Below, in pieces: positions 22,460 through 34,311 of a DNA stretch of 64,000 bases; position 1 is the stretch's first letter; each line of letters starts with the position of its first letter. The notes below the pieces were generated by a model. The model worked only from the letters and a program-made list of their open reading frames with translations. It was not told the origin of the DNA and did not search any database. Where the stretch lies: positions 1 to 64,000 of the forward strand of contig JBLDXI010000078.1 in the NCBI GenBank assembly GCA_047495785.1. The letters are read 5' to 3'. A program made the translations under genes and the position numbers. The stretch comes from Lepidodermella squamata. Lineage: Eukaryota; Animalia; Gastrotricha.

Positions 22460-25400
22460 TTAAACGCTAATGTGAATGCTGCAAAGATTGATGGTGCGAA
22501 CCGGCGTTGAAGTCCTCCGCACATCACGGCCATTTATATGTTGCTGGTATTCTTTTTACGATCTACTCAACATCGACGCAGTAGATCGTCGCAATGGGAC
22601 AGCCTTGCGCTGTGCGCTGAGAACTGTCATGCGAGAGCTTTCTACAGATTAAGCGCAAGACTACCGAAATACTCAAACTGCCAAAATAAAAATAGCTCCC
22701 GCCAACATATACCTCCTGGACACAATGACTCAAGAATATCTGGGGAAACGTTGGTGAAACTTTATAGAAAATGACGCGCTGATAAATTGCTATTGCCCAG
22801 CGCCAAACTATATTCCAGAAAAATATGGCTCAAATGTTGCAGAATAAAATCGAAGCTGGATGCGTCATTTCGCCTTGCATCGAGTGTAAAGACGCTAGAT
22901 CGGCGAAAACGTGGCCATGGAATCCGAATGTGACGAAGCAAATTTGACTTTGACGAAAGCGCACCTGGGATTTCAATGTTTTTTTTTATCAAGAAGTAAC
23001 AGTCAAGCGAAGTCCACATTTGCGCGTCATGCGCTAATAAAAGGAAAATAAAAATATTAAATATTAGACATCCGAGAGCTGAAGATATGGTGACCGTAGA
23101 GAATCGTAAATCAGACTTTGTCTGGGTCAAATTGCTCCCGAGAGGCCTTGTTACCGTCATTCGGGGCTATCGCAGGATACGGGGCTATTCGGTAAAAAGT
23201 TTGTTCAATTACTAGAATTAAGCTTACTCAAAAACTATAAAGTCAAAGTCGATAAATTTGTGCAGGGAGCTACCTCGATAGATGACACTTATTCTATCAA
23301 AAGTAGGAGTTCAAAGAGTAAACGGTTATGAAGCTGCAGGCTCACCTTTCAGGTGTAAGTTTAACTCAAGAAAACCCCTGTGTTGCATTGAATTACCTGG
23401 ACCGGAATAGATGATTGCAAGGCTCTCGACCAATTACTTCTGAATCTACGGACGCTTAGGACCTTTGGAAAATTTGAAACTCCCCGATCCGATGCATATT
23501 TTTGTCAATTTAATTGAAACCGAATAGCCCCATCGATAAGCGAAGTTGAAGGGTAATTCTTCCAACATGATTGAATATTCTAATGAGCTGGGTTGTTGGT
23601 ATGTTTCTCGGTAAATTACGCAGACTTTGAATTTAAGAGGCTTGGTAAACTTGTGATTAGGCTTATCGGGTGACAGGCTGATTATGCATTCGGCAATGAA
23701 AATTAAAAATTAATTACAAGTCCCTCGATAAAAGCACTGGGTCGGGAGCCAGACTCGGTCTTTAAACAAGGGAAAGCTATAACGAGGGCTGTAATTGAAT
23801 GCAGGAGCTAAAAATAGACCGTTTCTACGCCTTGAGACAGTTGCCATGCCAACGCGCAGAAAGAGACGGACACCGATTACGTGTCATTACAAATTTCGCT
23901 CGCTAAAGGCCGTTAAACAATGACACTATGAATCATTAGTCGGCTTTGATTTAACTGGTTGGCCTTGTTTTTTTACTCTGATTTCAAGTCCTGCCTGGGG
24001 TTAACGAACAAAAAAACCTGGAATCTCATTATTTCAATTTACTTCAAAAATGCCCAGCTCGTCCGATTTCGCAAACAAATTTCATTTGAAATCACAGCTC
24101 ATTTGACAAAATCAATCACCTTGGTCAAGATTGACCAGAATACTTCTGAATCACCAGCAAATTCAGCCAAACATGCTCAAGATAATGATGTGTTCAATTC
24201 TCAATTCATAACTCATGCTTAATTCGTAGAATTATTTAAAAAACAATCTGAAATTTGAAACAATTAGGATGAAAAATGTATTTTCGACAATTTTTTCGCG
24301 GTTAACCTGACTTTTTCTTTTTTTAAATTCATCGAATTAATGGCATTGAGCAATCACGGACCGATTTCACGGCATAAGACGTGTGGTTCCGTCAAGAGGG
24401 CGTTTAGATTGAATGGAATACATTTGCATCTTCTCAGGCGTGATCTCATTTTCATTCGACTGGCCTATTAAGATCCGAGCAAGGTAAAAATCGGGCAGAA
24501 GCTCCCGCCGCCCCTCCTCGGGATGTTGCGATTTTCAAAGTCAAAATCGAATTATTAAAAGTTGTAAAAAAACCCGTAAAATTAATTGCCAAGGCGTAGA
24601 GCAATGAAATCGTAGTGGCAGCCAGTTTCATGTTAGATCAGGCCTATCGACTATCGAAAATCGGCTAATAATCCAATAACTTAGGACAACTGGAACGAAT
24701 GAAAACGATCTAATTTTATGAGAATAAATCCATTTATCGAAATCAAAATAAATCGTAAAACCAGGACGCGATTCTTCATGATTACGCAACACAGCCGGGA
24801 ACAAAATTGGGGAAACAGTTTCCTTAAAAAAATCACGAATTAAATCCTAATTTGATCATGCTAATAATGCTTGTAAATTGCAAGAGATTTTCTGGCCGGG
24901 AAAAAGCTAAAAAATGAAAAATCAGGGCAATTCAGATGAGTCTTTTAGTTGATCAGCAATTGGCCTGAGGGAAAATCAGAAAATCAAGGAGAGTTAAGAT
25001 TGACGGGCATTTTTATAGTTATTGAAATAAATTGCTGATTTTGTCTGATTAATTGGCGTAATTTCTGATAGAAAAGTTTAACAAAAAAGCAGGAAGACTC
25101 GCAGCGCGACTTGAGTGGCAGCTAATCCCCACACTCTGTTGCATAATCACAGCCATTTCAAAGCCACAAGAGCAGCTTAATGCACTGATGATCTTTCAAC
25201 TCGTTTGAACTAAACTTGAAATAACTGGATCTCCCAAAACCACGACAACGCGCCGCTAGGTTTCCAGGAACGCTTTATTATTTTTATTTTTCACGCTTAA
25301 TTTTTTTAATCTATCAAAAAATTATTATTTGTTTAAATAAAAATTTACAACTAATTTATTTAGCAGGGTCCAAAATTACGGTCTACAAACGAGGGAGTTC

Positions 25401-25564
25401 TTTTAAGGAGGGTGCCACTAACGAGGGAGCACTGTATTCGACTGCAAATTAAGGAAGACTATCTAAATTAAGTCATATTTTGACAATTAAGTCTTGTTTG
25501 CATAAAAACGGATGTTACATTTTTGCAGTAAAAAAATAATTGGGGCGAAAAAAGCTAACAAATG

Positions 25565-25646
25565 AACTCTTGCGGAATCGAACCGCTGACCTTTAAATGA
25601 TCTCGCCATAAACAACTATGATAAAAAACCACTCGGCCACACGTCC
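25565..25646 (-). pseudogene. tRNA-derived relic / SINE-like head with Pol III A and B boxes
   Basis: Minus strand GGACGTGTGGCCGAGTGG (A box) ... GCGGTTCGATTCCGC (T arm, B box); anticodon arm and acceptor stem are degenerate. Confidence 0.6.
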
Positions 25647-25807
25647 TTGCTTATTTACTTATATTAAGATGTCTTTATATGTGTAAATAATAGCCCCACA
25701 CCTGTCCGAATAGCCCCATCCGTGGGGCTATTCGGAATCCTGGTGCCATTGGAATCAGGACCCTTGGAAACGTGTAAAAAAGCAAAAAAACCAGGGGGTC
25801 ATTTTTT

Positions 25808-26109
25808 CATTGTGTTTGAGGTTGTCAGTTGAAAAAAATCTGCACGCTGATTGGTCAGTTGGCTCGTATCCATGACTCCGCCTTGCTACTTGATCGTGCG
25901 ATCTATATAATTTGTGGCTTTTATTATTTTTATGAAGGCCGTATCGAAGCACGCGTTTCCAACAAATGCGTAAAACCATTCATAAAAAGATATTTTTTTG
26001 CAAACATTTTATGGATCGCACGATCAAGTAGCAAGGCGGAGTCATGGATACGAGCCAACTGACCAATCAGCGTGCAGATTTTTTTCAACTGACAACCTCA
26101 AACACAATG
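25808..26109. mobile_element. Fold-back MITE (302 bp) nested in the pogo-like element
   Basis: ~90-bp near-perfect TIRs CATTGTGTTTGAGG.../...CCTCAAACACAATG; T-only flanks (TT or TTT TSD). Confidence 0.85.
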
Positions 26110-26244
26110 TTTGACGCATACCAAATAACCCCAAATGACGGTACCGATAGCCACCGTGAGAGCATCTCTCTCGTCATATATGGACTATAGTTAGGTCAGA
26201 GCTACTTGGACAGGTGACAAAATCCATCAATAGTGAATCAGCTT

Positions 26245-26618
26245 TAGGGTTGGGTCGCGTTTCGGGTTTTCGCAAAGTTCGATTTTAGGGGCCTTGCACC
26301 ACGCCTATATTTTTTCGTCGAAAATTAGTTCAGTCACACCTGTGTAGCAGAAGTACCAAGGGAATGTGAGGTTGACCATATGGGGTCCTTTGGTTATACA
26401 ATTCGTGCCTGAAAATATCTCCACAAGATGAGCGATGTCCAGCCCTAGTCGGCTGAGGGCTGGGGATGGCCGGCCAAGTTGTGGTACATTTCATTTGAGG
26501 TGTTGAATCTGACTCTGATCCTCAGACTTGGAAATATTTTCAGGCACGAATTTTAATTTGAGGCGCAAGTTTCCTAAAATCGAAATTTGTAAAAACCCGA
26601 GACGCAACCAAAAACTAA
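26245..26618. mobile_element. Older fold-back element
   Basis: Imperfect IRs GGTCGCGTTTCGGGTTTT..CGATTTTAGG / CCTAAAATCG..AAAACCCGAGACGCAACC plus inner AATTCGTGCCTGAAAAT / TTTTCAGGCACGAATT; ends approximate. Confidence 0.6.
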
Positions 26619-26661
26619 CACTAAACTTAACCCCAAATCCTAATTCCGTCTTCTGTGTCAG

Positions 26662-27610
26662 GTGACTGAATCGATGCTGTACCCAAATTCAGCGTCCCGC
26701 ATTAACGGCACACGTGAGTCCTAACTTTCTTCTCGTCGTGGATTCTGGATTCTACTTTTCTGGATTATTTGTGTCCAGTGACTATTCCAGACAGCCAGAA
26801 GCCACACATCCGCTGTTTCGATTCCGCGACTGGCAAATTCAACGACTGCAGACCACAAAGCTCAGGCTGTTTCATCAGCAATGAGACTCAGCAGTACTCC
26901 ACTGGGGTGTACATCAATCGCGATACTTGTCTGATTGGGGTATGATCCTGGCGACTACATCTGCTCGGCATTGACTCAATATCATTTTTGAACAGAATGC
27001 TGTTTCCTGCAAGGATTCATCCAGCCCTTGCTATGCACCTTGCCCTCAGGGTCAATCTCAGGTAATAATCGACCATCAGCCAATTTATATCATGGTAGCG
27101 AGTGAATTTTCCTCAATAGGATAAGCTGGATACGGGACTGCAGACCTTTTAACTCAACCACGACAAGTGCATCAACGATATCTCGCCCCTTGTGAGTTTG
27201 CTTTAAAGAATATTCAAGTCTGTTTCTCAAATGCATTTCATTTCTTACAAACCAGTCCCCAGCAAACGGCAGGTGGCGTTTACGTTAAATGGCGACAAAG
27301 CTGCGGGCGCGGCGAAATGCCTCGCGAATAATGTCACGATAGCCAAGGTCACGTCAGACGATGACATGGCCCTCGCCTCGCAAGTCACTTCACTAGGGGA
27401 TCTGGCTTCTGGATCGGCCTCGCCCAGATAGGAGGATCTCTCAAATGGGACGATGGCACCTATTTCGAGTATTACGGCTCGCTTTGGTTCGGGCCGGCAT
27501 TCGATGCATGTGTTGTCATTATCTATCGTTTCCCTACCACCGATTATCAGTTCCAGAATATTGCATGCAATGAGACTATTCCTTATGTTTTATGTGAGAG
27601 ACTTTTGTGA
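26662..27610 (+). pseudogene. 5'-truncated member of the Cys-rich/C-type lectin family
   Basis: Exons HIRCFDSATGKFNDC.., NAVSCKDSSSPC.., CTL FWIGLAQ..LKWDDGT..C..C..VLCERLL*; frameshift at the G-run near 27397; no signal-peptide exon found (TEs lie upstream). Confidence 0.7.
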
Positions 27611-27893
27611 TCATTTTCCTTGCCAAAATGGGTGTGGATGATCGAGTAGAAATGGATGGTTATGATGCAGCTTTATTATGTGCTGCTGCAAGACTGATTT
27701 TGTCTTATTGAGCCGAGAAGTAAAACTTTCTAATTTATTGTGATCTTTTCGAGGTGGGAAAGTCTATTTTTCAACAACTTCCTCTTCAGGCTTTTGAAGT
27801 AGCAACCGTTTGGCAAATTTTCGGATTTATGATTTATTTGTTGACGGCAATCGTCCCAGTGTAGGAAGAAGCGGGGGGACGAGGGGGTTTTAA

Positions 27894-27992
27894 GACAAAG
27901 TTTAAGACTTTTCGGTAAATCCCCTCATCCCGCGAAAAGTCGCGCCCCCAAAAAAGTAATCCACTCCTCCCTCCTTTGCCTTGAACTTTGTC
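27894..27992. mobile_element. Small TTAA-flanked MITE (Kolobok/piggyBac-type target)
   Basis: TTAA|GACAAAGTTTAAG ... CTTGAACTTTGTC|TTAA. Confidence 0.5.
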
Positions 27993-29182
27993 TTAAAGGG
28001 AAATGCAGGGCGCTAAGTAATCCTCACCGTTTAGCCTCAGTATCAGTCATGATATTAGAACTACAAGGGCTGCAACTTTGCATTTTCAGAGCCAGAAAAT
28101 TACTTTCAGCAGATTCTGCGGAGAGCATTCAATGAGCATTAGTTGAATTGGCACTTCAAGCTTACGACGAGTTCGATTTCGTTGAGGGCGAACAAGAAAC
28201 CTCGCATCGGCCCGAATGAGAAGGGCTGGCTCCGAGCTTGTTACAAATTTTACACTGTAACAATCAATCGGACTGATTTTGAAAACCAAGATCGTCATTT
28301 TTAGGGGTTTCAGAGCAGTACACGAAGTTGGATCCTCGAACTATTAGGAAGTATTTTCGGGCCTGAATTTTATGACCAAAGGAGCTAATTTTAGTGGTGA
28401 ATCCGAAAAATTCCCTCGCGCGTATTTCTTTGCTTTGCTTTGAATCTCCGCCAATGCAGCACATCCGGATTTCCATATTGTGGAAAAGGTTTGCGAACCG
28501 CTGCTTATTATTCGGAAATTTGGAATTTATTCGAAAAATGGGAATTGTCCCTGCTTGCGTCTTGAAAATTGGTGTCATCCACCGCCTCTGAGCTGGGCCT
28601 AGTCGGAACACAGATCAATTCATAACTACTTGAATTGAAAAAAATCGAAAAATCTCAATTTTTATAAATTCGCGTACTTTTCCTTGGAATTCGAGCGTGA
28701 ATCAGGCTAATTATCAAATTATCAATCCCCTAAAGGCTATCAACTCTCAGAATGCCGAATGCCTATGATTACTCCTCAGGGTGGGGACTTACGACCATAT
28801 TGGACTGTTTTTTATGAAGTCTTCGAGGTATAGGAATCTGGCCCAAGCTTCGATCAAAATTCATTTGAAATCCAACGGCCAAAAGTCGAGGAATGAATCA
28901 ATTAGATGAAGTTCAGGCATAAACAGATGGCGTGTCATCCAAATCGGGTTGAAATTTAAATAAATTGGTTGTATTTCGGCTTTTTTACCTCCCCGACATT
29001 TTTTTGCTTTATTGATGATGCCACGTAGCAGTCGCGTGCTTATATTATAGGTTCTCGTTTTTTCATTGATTTATTTTCAGTCGCGTAGTTGCGTAGATTT
29101 TATTGCGCAGTTAATAGGTGTCGACGTTTCATTCGAGGCTTTTCAAATTTAATTTTGATTTCCGCACTTGAACTTGATAGAT

Positions 29183-29852
29183 ATGGATACCAGCCATTTA
29201 GAGGTGCTGGATTTATCTCGAAAAAAAGCGGCTATCATTTCAATTTCCACGATAGCTCCATGGGCTCTCAAGGTAGCAGAGTCAAACTTGATCACAATCA
29301 GCTCAGAACGGAGATCAGCTTTTCAGCCTTACTCGGGGACTCGAATCCCATTTGAAAATTCAACAGCTAGTTGCGAAGATTCCCAGAAGCTGCCGGTAAG
29401 GTTCGGTGACTATTACTACTATCTCCTTGTGAATCATCTTTTCCTTGCAGGTCAACCCTTTATCCGGATCTTGTGATGGAAGCGTCGAATTGAACTCAAA
29501 TTCAAATTCAAATTCAAACACCGAGAAGCGTTCGAATTCTGTTTTTGTATGCGATTACTGTCCCAAACGCCGGGTTTATACCACGCGTAACGGCTTTCGG
29601 CTTCACGTTAGAGCCCACCATTTCGAGAAATTCGCCATGACGTGCTTTACCTGTTCGCGGCTGTTTGAGAACGCCGCTCAGCTGCGAATTCACTTGTATC
29701 AGCACAGGAGATCAGCACAGCCTTCGATCAAAAAAGGCTCGGCAGCCTCGCAAGGAAATTTCTCGCCTAAAAGCTCGTTGAACTGGGAGATTACTTCCCC
29801 TGATCCCTCGCCAAGTTCAAGCTATAATGAACAATTCATTAAGGTTGATTAA
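29183..29852 (+). CDS. Diverged paralogue of the C2H2 zinc-finger gene
   Basis: Exons 29183-29395 and 29451-29852; finger region identical in protein to 16333-16972, flanks diverged, short NS-repeat insertion. Confidence 0.88.
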
Positions 29853-30279
29853 AACGGAGGAGGATTATTATAAACAATTGTTGATATATATGACTCAAAT
29901 TTACTTGAATAAATAATAAAGAATTCTTCTTTTTCGGAGAGTTTCGAGTTGAAGATTGGTTTGACGCCTAAATCTAAACTCAACTGCGCCCAGGTCATTG
30001 GCCAGGTCGGGGACCTCTTCCCAACTTTACCTTATACAATCCTTGATCAAAAATATTATACAGTTCTATATTTTTAGACAAAAGACGTTTTTCTGGCGAT
30101 GACCTCTTGGCTTATTATCGGTTTGAAATTACGTCTTTTTATTCATAATTTATCGCATATTTGGACTTTCTCTCAAGGTCGTTAGGCAATAAACGCTGAC
30201 AGTTCATTTTTTGCTGAATTCTTATACCAGGCTAAAATCAAAACTATTGAAGGGCTATTGAAAAAGCAAGTCGGCAGAT

Positions 30280-32658
30280 TTAAGTCACATTTTTAGTTGT
30301 CGGGTGAACAAAATTAATGATTAATGATGAAACAGTTACAGGCACTTCAGAGTAGAACAAATATGGATATCTTGGCACGATGCCAAACAAGAAAATCGGC
30401 GTGATACTAATGAGAAAAACATATGAAAATAAGACAAATCGATCCATAACATCAGCGATGAATTCCCACCGTTGAATGCGATAGATTTCCAGTGTAATTT
30501 GCCGCTCATGATCAGCCTTATCGCTGCCGAACATTTTCTTATCAGGATTCGTCTCAGTCGCGATCTGAATGTCGTGTTGGAAAATCGAATAGAAGCTACT
30601 GCGTAACATTTTCTCACACTCGTCGTGCTGTTCTTCTTTAGTCGTTGGCAGTCTTGGCTTTTTAACGCGAAAAACTGGCGCGAGAAAGCAAGCGGCTTTA
30701 TACAACCACTCCGGTACAACCTGCTGCCGTCTCTGGTCGCGGCTTTTCCGGAAGCAAATGAAGACCAGGCCCTCGCCTAACATAGCTAGGCATATGTAAA
30801 GCATCGATAGATCGATGTAGTAGCACAACAACGGGATCTTGTCCGAGGTTCGAGGTATGTCGTCGATTATCATAAGCTGGAAAACGCCATAGGCCAAGAG
30901 GCAGGTGAAGGACAGCTCCAACTTTTCGCTGTCATCAACCGCAGCGGCGAATGTCGCAACTTCCGCCAGCGAAATTATCAAACTAGGCACGATAACATTG
31001 ATAAGGTAATACCCAATCTTCCTCTGAAGAACGAGGTCGAATTCAACCCGGGAAAACGTATTGGTCGGGATGACGTACTGGACCCGTTTCACCCGTTGAT
31101 CTGTACTAACAAGTGACCACTGTTCGTTCTCGATCCACCACCTTTTCTGAATTGTGTCGCCGAAGTGGAAAACTTGGAATTCGACTGTGTACCGCCAGCT
31201 TTCCATGATCAAAGTGCAGTTTTGGGTGTCGAACGGGAACAATCGAATGTCGAAGTCGCAGAAGGCTTTGAAGGTCCCACCAGGCCGGTATGAGATGTAA
31301 CCGTTGCTTGAGACTCGCACCATTTCCTGGTCGTGCATGAGTAACAGCTCGTAATGTTGTTCAGAGTTTATCATGGCGATTTCAGGGATCCAGATTTGTC
31401 TCTGCGGTGTTGTGACGCTGGGTACGCAGCAGTGGGGAAAGGTTCGGTTCCAGGTGTGAAATTCATCGAACCAATACTGAAATGGAGGACAGGAATGGGA
31501 GGAGGTTTTGAAATTATCGATAAGAAACCTACAAACAGCAGGTATCCAGACAGTTTCAGAGCTTTGTCTCGCTCAATCTAAGAAAATCATTGGTATATAA
31601 AATTGCAATAATTAATCCAGATTTTCTTTCGACGAGCCTTCCTTTTGAAGAGTTCGAGCATAATTTCTGACATCTATGATAATTCTATTTCTGAGGCTTT
31701 GATGGATTGGTGATACTACTCTGATGGATGATGGATTGTTTCCGTCATTAGGACTTGCACCCAGTCCAGATAACCCCTCAGATACACAGTAGCTCATAAA
31801 CTGAGACACGGTACCTCATATTCACGGTGCGAAGGACAGGGATGCTGGGGTGTCGCGACACCCCAGCTCTGGGACTCCAAACCCGAGGAAGGCAGAAGAA
31901 ACCACAGGGGGGATTCTCGGCCAGGTCCCAGAAATTAAGCAGAAAACACCTCAGCTCCCGGATCCTACTTCACACACTGGCCTCTAAATATTGTGATAAT
32001 AAATTTTATCTCACTGTTCTCTATCCCCATTCGTCAAGCTTTATATGTAGTTTCATTTATATGTATAACTCTAAAAGGTTCAGCTTCACAGAAATTCGGG
32101 ATTCAATCTTAATCTTACTCTATCAATTGACCTTGGGACATAAAACTGCGACTTTATCGGAAAGGCTCGAGACCACTGCGAGACCAGCGTAACAGTTGGG
32201 GTTAACGATCCCTAGATTCCGTTTAATTGGAATAAATTGAAGCGGAGAATGGTGAATGGTTCAGGGGTTAGGCAAAAATCTAAACCGGTGTCGCCGAAAA
32301 AGTTGTCAGAACGTTTTTAACGGCTAAAAAATCCGTGTTTGCTTACCACATCGTTGATGGTCGACAAAACGAGGCGAACTTCAATGTTTATCGGCTTGTT
32401 ACTGCGCTTCAGAGGCCTCACCCAAGTCTCATGTTTGCCAAATACGTCTCGCGCGATGATATCCTCACTAATAGAGACATTGCGACACAGCGGCGAATTA
32501 GCTGAAACGGCCTGCTTTAATTTCTGCGGAACTATAACTTCATCGCCGTTTTCGTCTATCGTAACATTGTACCATAAACTCTGGCCTGAAGTTGCTGCGA
32601 TCACGTGAATCACGAAACAGTAGAGAATTTTCGCGAAATTATTCGAGGTCAAAATCAT
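30280..32658 (-). CDS. Cys-loop ligand-gated ion channel subunit A (nAChR-like, non-alpha)
   Basis: Exons 32658-32347, 31577-31533, 31476-30280; signal peptide, VRP, IWIPEI, Cys-loop CDFDIRLFPFDTQNC, M1-M4, M2 SEKLELSFTCLLA; no vicinal CC in loop C. Confidence 0.93.
31823..31979 (-). mobile_element. hAT-like MITE copy in intron 1 of channel A
   Basis: Shares TIR CAGTGTG(C/T)GAAG and the palindrome TGGGGTGTCGCGACACCCCA with the 43060 copy; TSD not preserved. Confidence 0.75.
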
Positions 32659-33628
32659 GTTTTTTGACAAGATGAATGTCTCAATGTATGCTGGCTTGCG
32701 GCGATCTGAGAACAACAAATTGTGTAGTTAATTGAGCTGGTTCAATTGCTTGCGGTTGTTGTGATAAGTGCGTCACGGAAAAAAATACGCTTTAATATTT
32801 TATGATGGCGAGCCGTCGATTTGATTCGATGTCAAGTGCGATCACTTTATTTTTTATTTTATATTTAACCAGACATGAATTAACAAATCTAAGGACAAAT
32901 ATCTTATTCAGCTATTATAAGAGTGATCTGGGGTACTTCCTAGAAATTTCTCGAGATCAATCTAAAATTGAATTATTTTTCCGAATTGCGGAATTCTCAC
33001 CATTCGGTTCAGATTTCAAGCCAAGGTTAGTGATTTTCTTGTCTCATTATTTCGATACATTAATTCCATCTACTGCGCCTACCACTCAACCATCAGGCAG
33101 CTTCTATCTCGATGAAGTCAGAATATTCTGTTAATCACGTAGGATCATGGCTAGGAAAAGCTAACAGCCCCACACTTATGTCTCTAATCAGCCTAGCATG
33201 TGCATTGGCGACTCAATTTTGCTTCGGGATAAAAATCAGCAAATAAACCTAGTTCATTCCTAGCCGCGTAGAGAACATGAAGAACTCGCACTGGAACTTT
33301 GAAATATGAATTCAAAGCGGTTTTTGAGCAGGATCTTCTCGCTAAATGCGAGATACCACAGTCCATTCAGCCATCCGAGCATTCGGCCACAGTCCATGGT
33401 CCCGTTTCACTCGATCATCAGCCAATTTTAAACTAATTTCAACCAGAAATGCGTTAGCTCATCTTTAGCCATTTGGTAATGGAACTCGCTCAGCTTTAGC
33501 AATAAACTCAGGTTTTCCCTAGGCCCATTCTTGAGCATTTTTTCGTGATGTTTGGTCAATTTGAAAGGGCAAAGAGTTCAAGTTAAGAAACGAGAGATTC
33601 GAGATGTCGAGAGCCTGTCGGCTCCGTT

Positions 33629-33897
33629 CACTAGGAAAAAAATATAGCTTTTTAGCTCAGGACCCCTCGAAATGCTATTGCTAGAAATCTCGTTCCCGTA
33701 CCCTTATTTAGCTATTTTTAGCTATTTAGCCATGTTCAACCATTGTGTGCGTAATCCTTTAATCCTTTAACAATGAATTGTGGCTAAATGTTCATGGCTA
33801 AATAGCCGAAAAAGCTAAATAAGGGTACGTAGATGAGATTATTAGCAAGAGCATTTCGAGGGGTCTTGAGCTAAAAAGCTATATTTTTTTCCTAGTG
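33629..33897. mobile_element. CACTA/EnSpm-type MITE (269 bp)
   Basis: CACTAGG...CCTAGTG termini, ~105-bp imperfect TIRs, TT on both flanks (2-bp TSD). Confidence 0.88.
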
Positions 33898-34311
33898 TTA
33901 TTGACGTCCGTTTTCAAGGCCTGTGGAATTGAGTCCTTAATTAAGTTGGGCTGAATCTAGGGTTTTTCCATCGGCGGTTGGTCCATCCTATCAATTCCAT
34001 TGCTTCATTCACGCCGAGTTAACTTGCTGAAATTTTTAACATCAAGGCTGCTGAATGACCTCACATTTGAACCTACAAAGCTCGCAATCGCTTCCAATAT
34101 CGCAGTTCAGCTGCCACACCCTGACACATCTCAATCATATATCGAAGGCCTCTTAATCTTTAGACGAAACTCAATTGGGCTGATCGAAAAGCATCAAGTC
34201 AGTCAAGCGGGATAGAACAGTTGATAGTGGATGCGAGCTAGAGTTTGTGTAACGCTTTTTGAAACACTGAAAGCGATATGATTGATGATATGACTGTATT
34301 TAGTCTCTTAG

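Larger units (their letters stand above)
11567..22572. repeat. Right arm of large inverted duplication
   Basis: GATGAAAAGAAG.. at 11567 complements 11006 leftwards; ..ATCTACTCAACA ending at 22572 complements position 1. Confidence 0.98.
23154..26141. mobile_element. Non-autonomous pogo/Tc1-mariner-like element (~3 kb)
   Basis: TA|CCGTCATTCGGGGCTA ... TAACCCCAAATGACGG|TA; internal repeats GGGGCTATTCGG/CCGAATAGCCCC at ~23181, 23520, 25706, 25724; no transposase ORF seen. Confidence 0.72.

Noticed and set aside
23712-23793. Possible small TA-flanked element (TACA..CCCTCG / CGAGGGCTGTA)
   Set aside because: Inverted match too short and imperfect to support.
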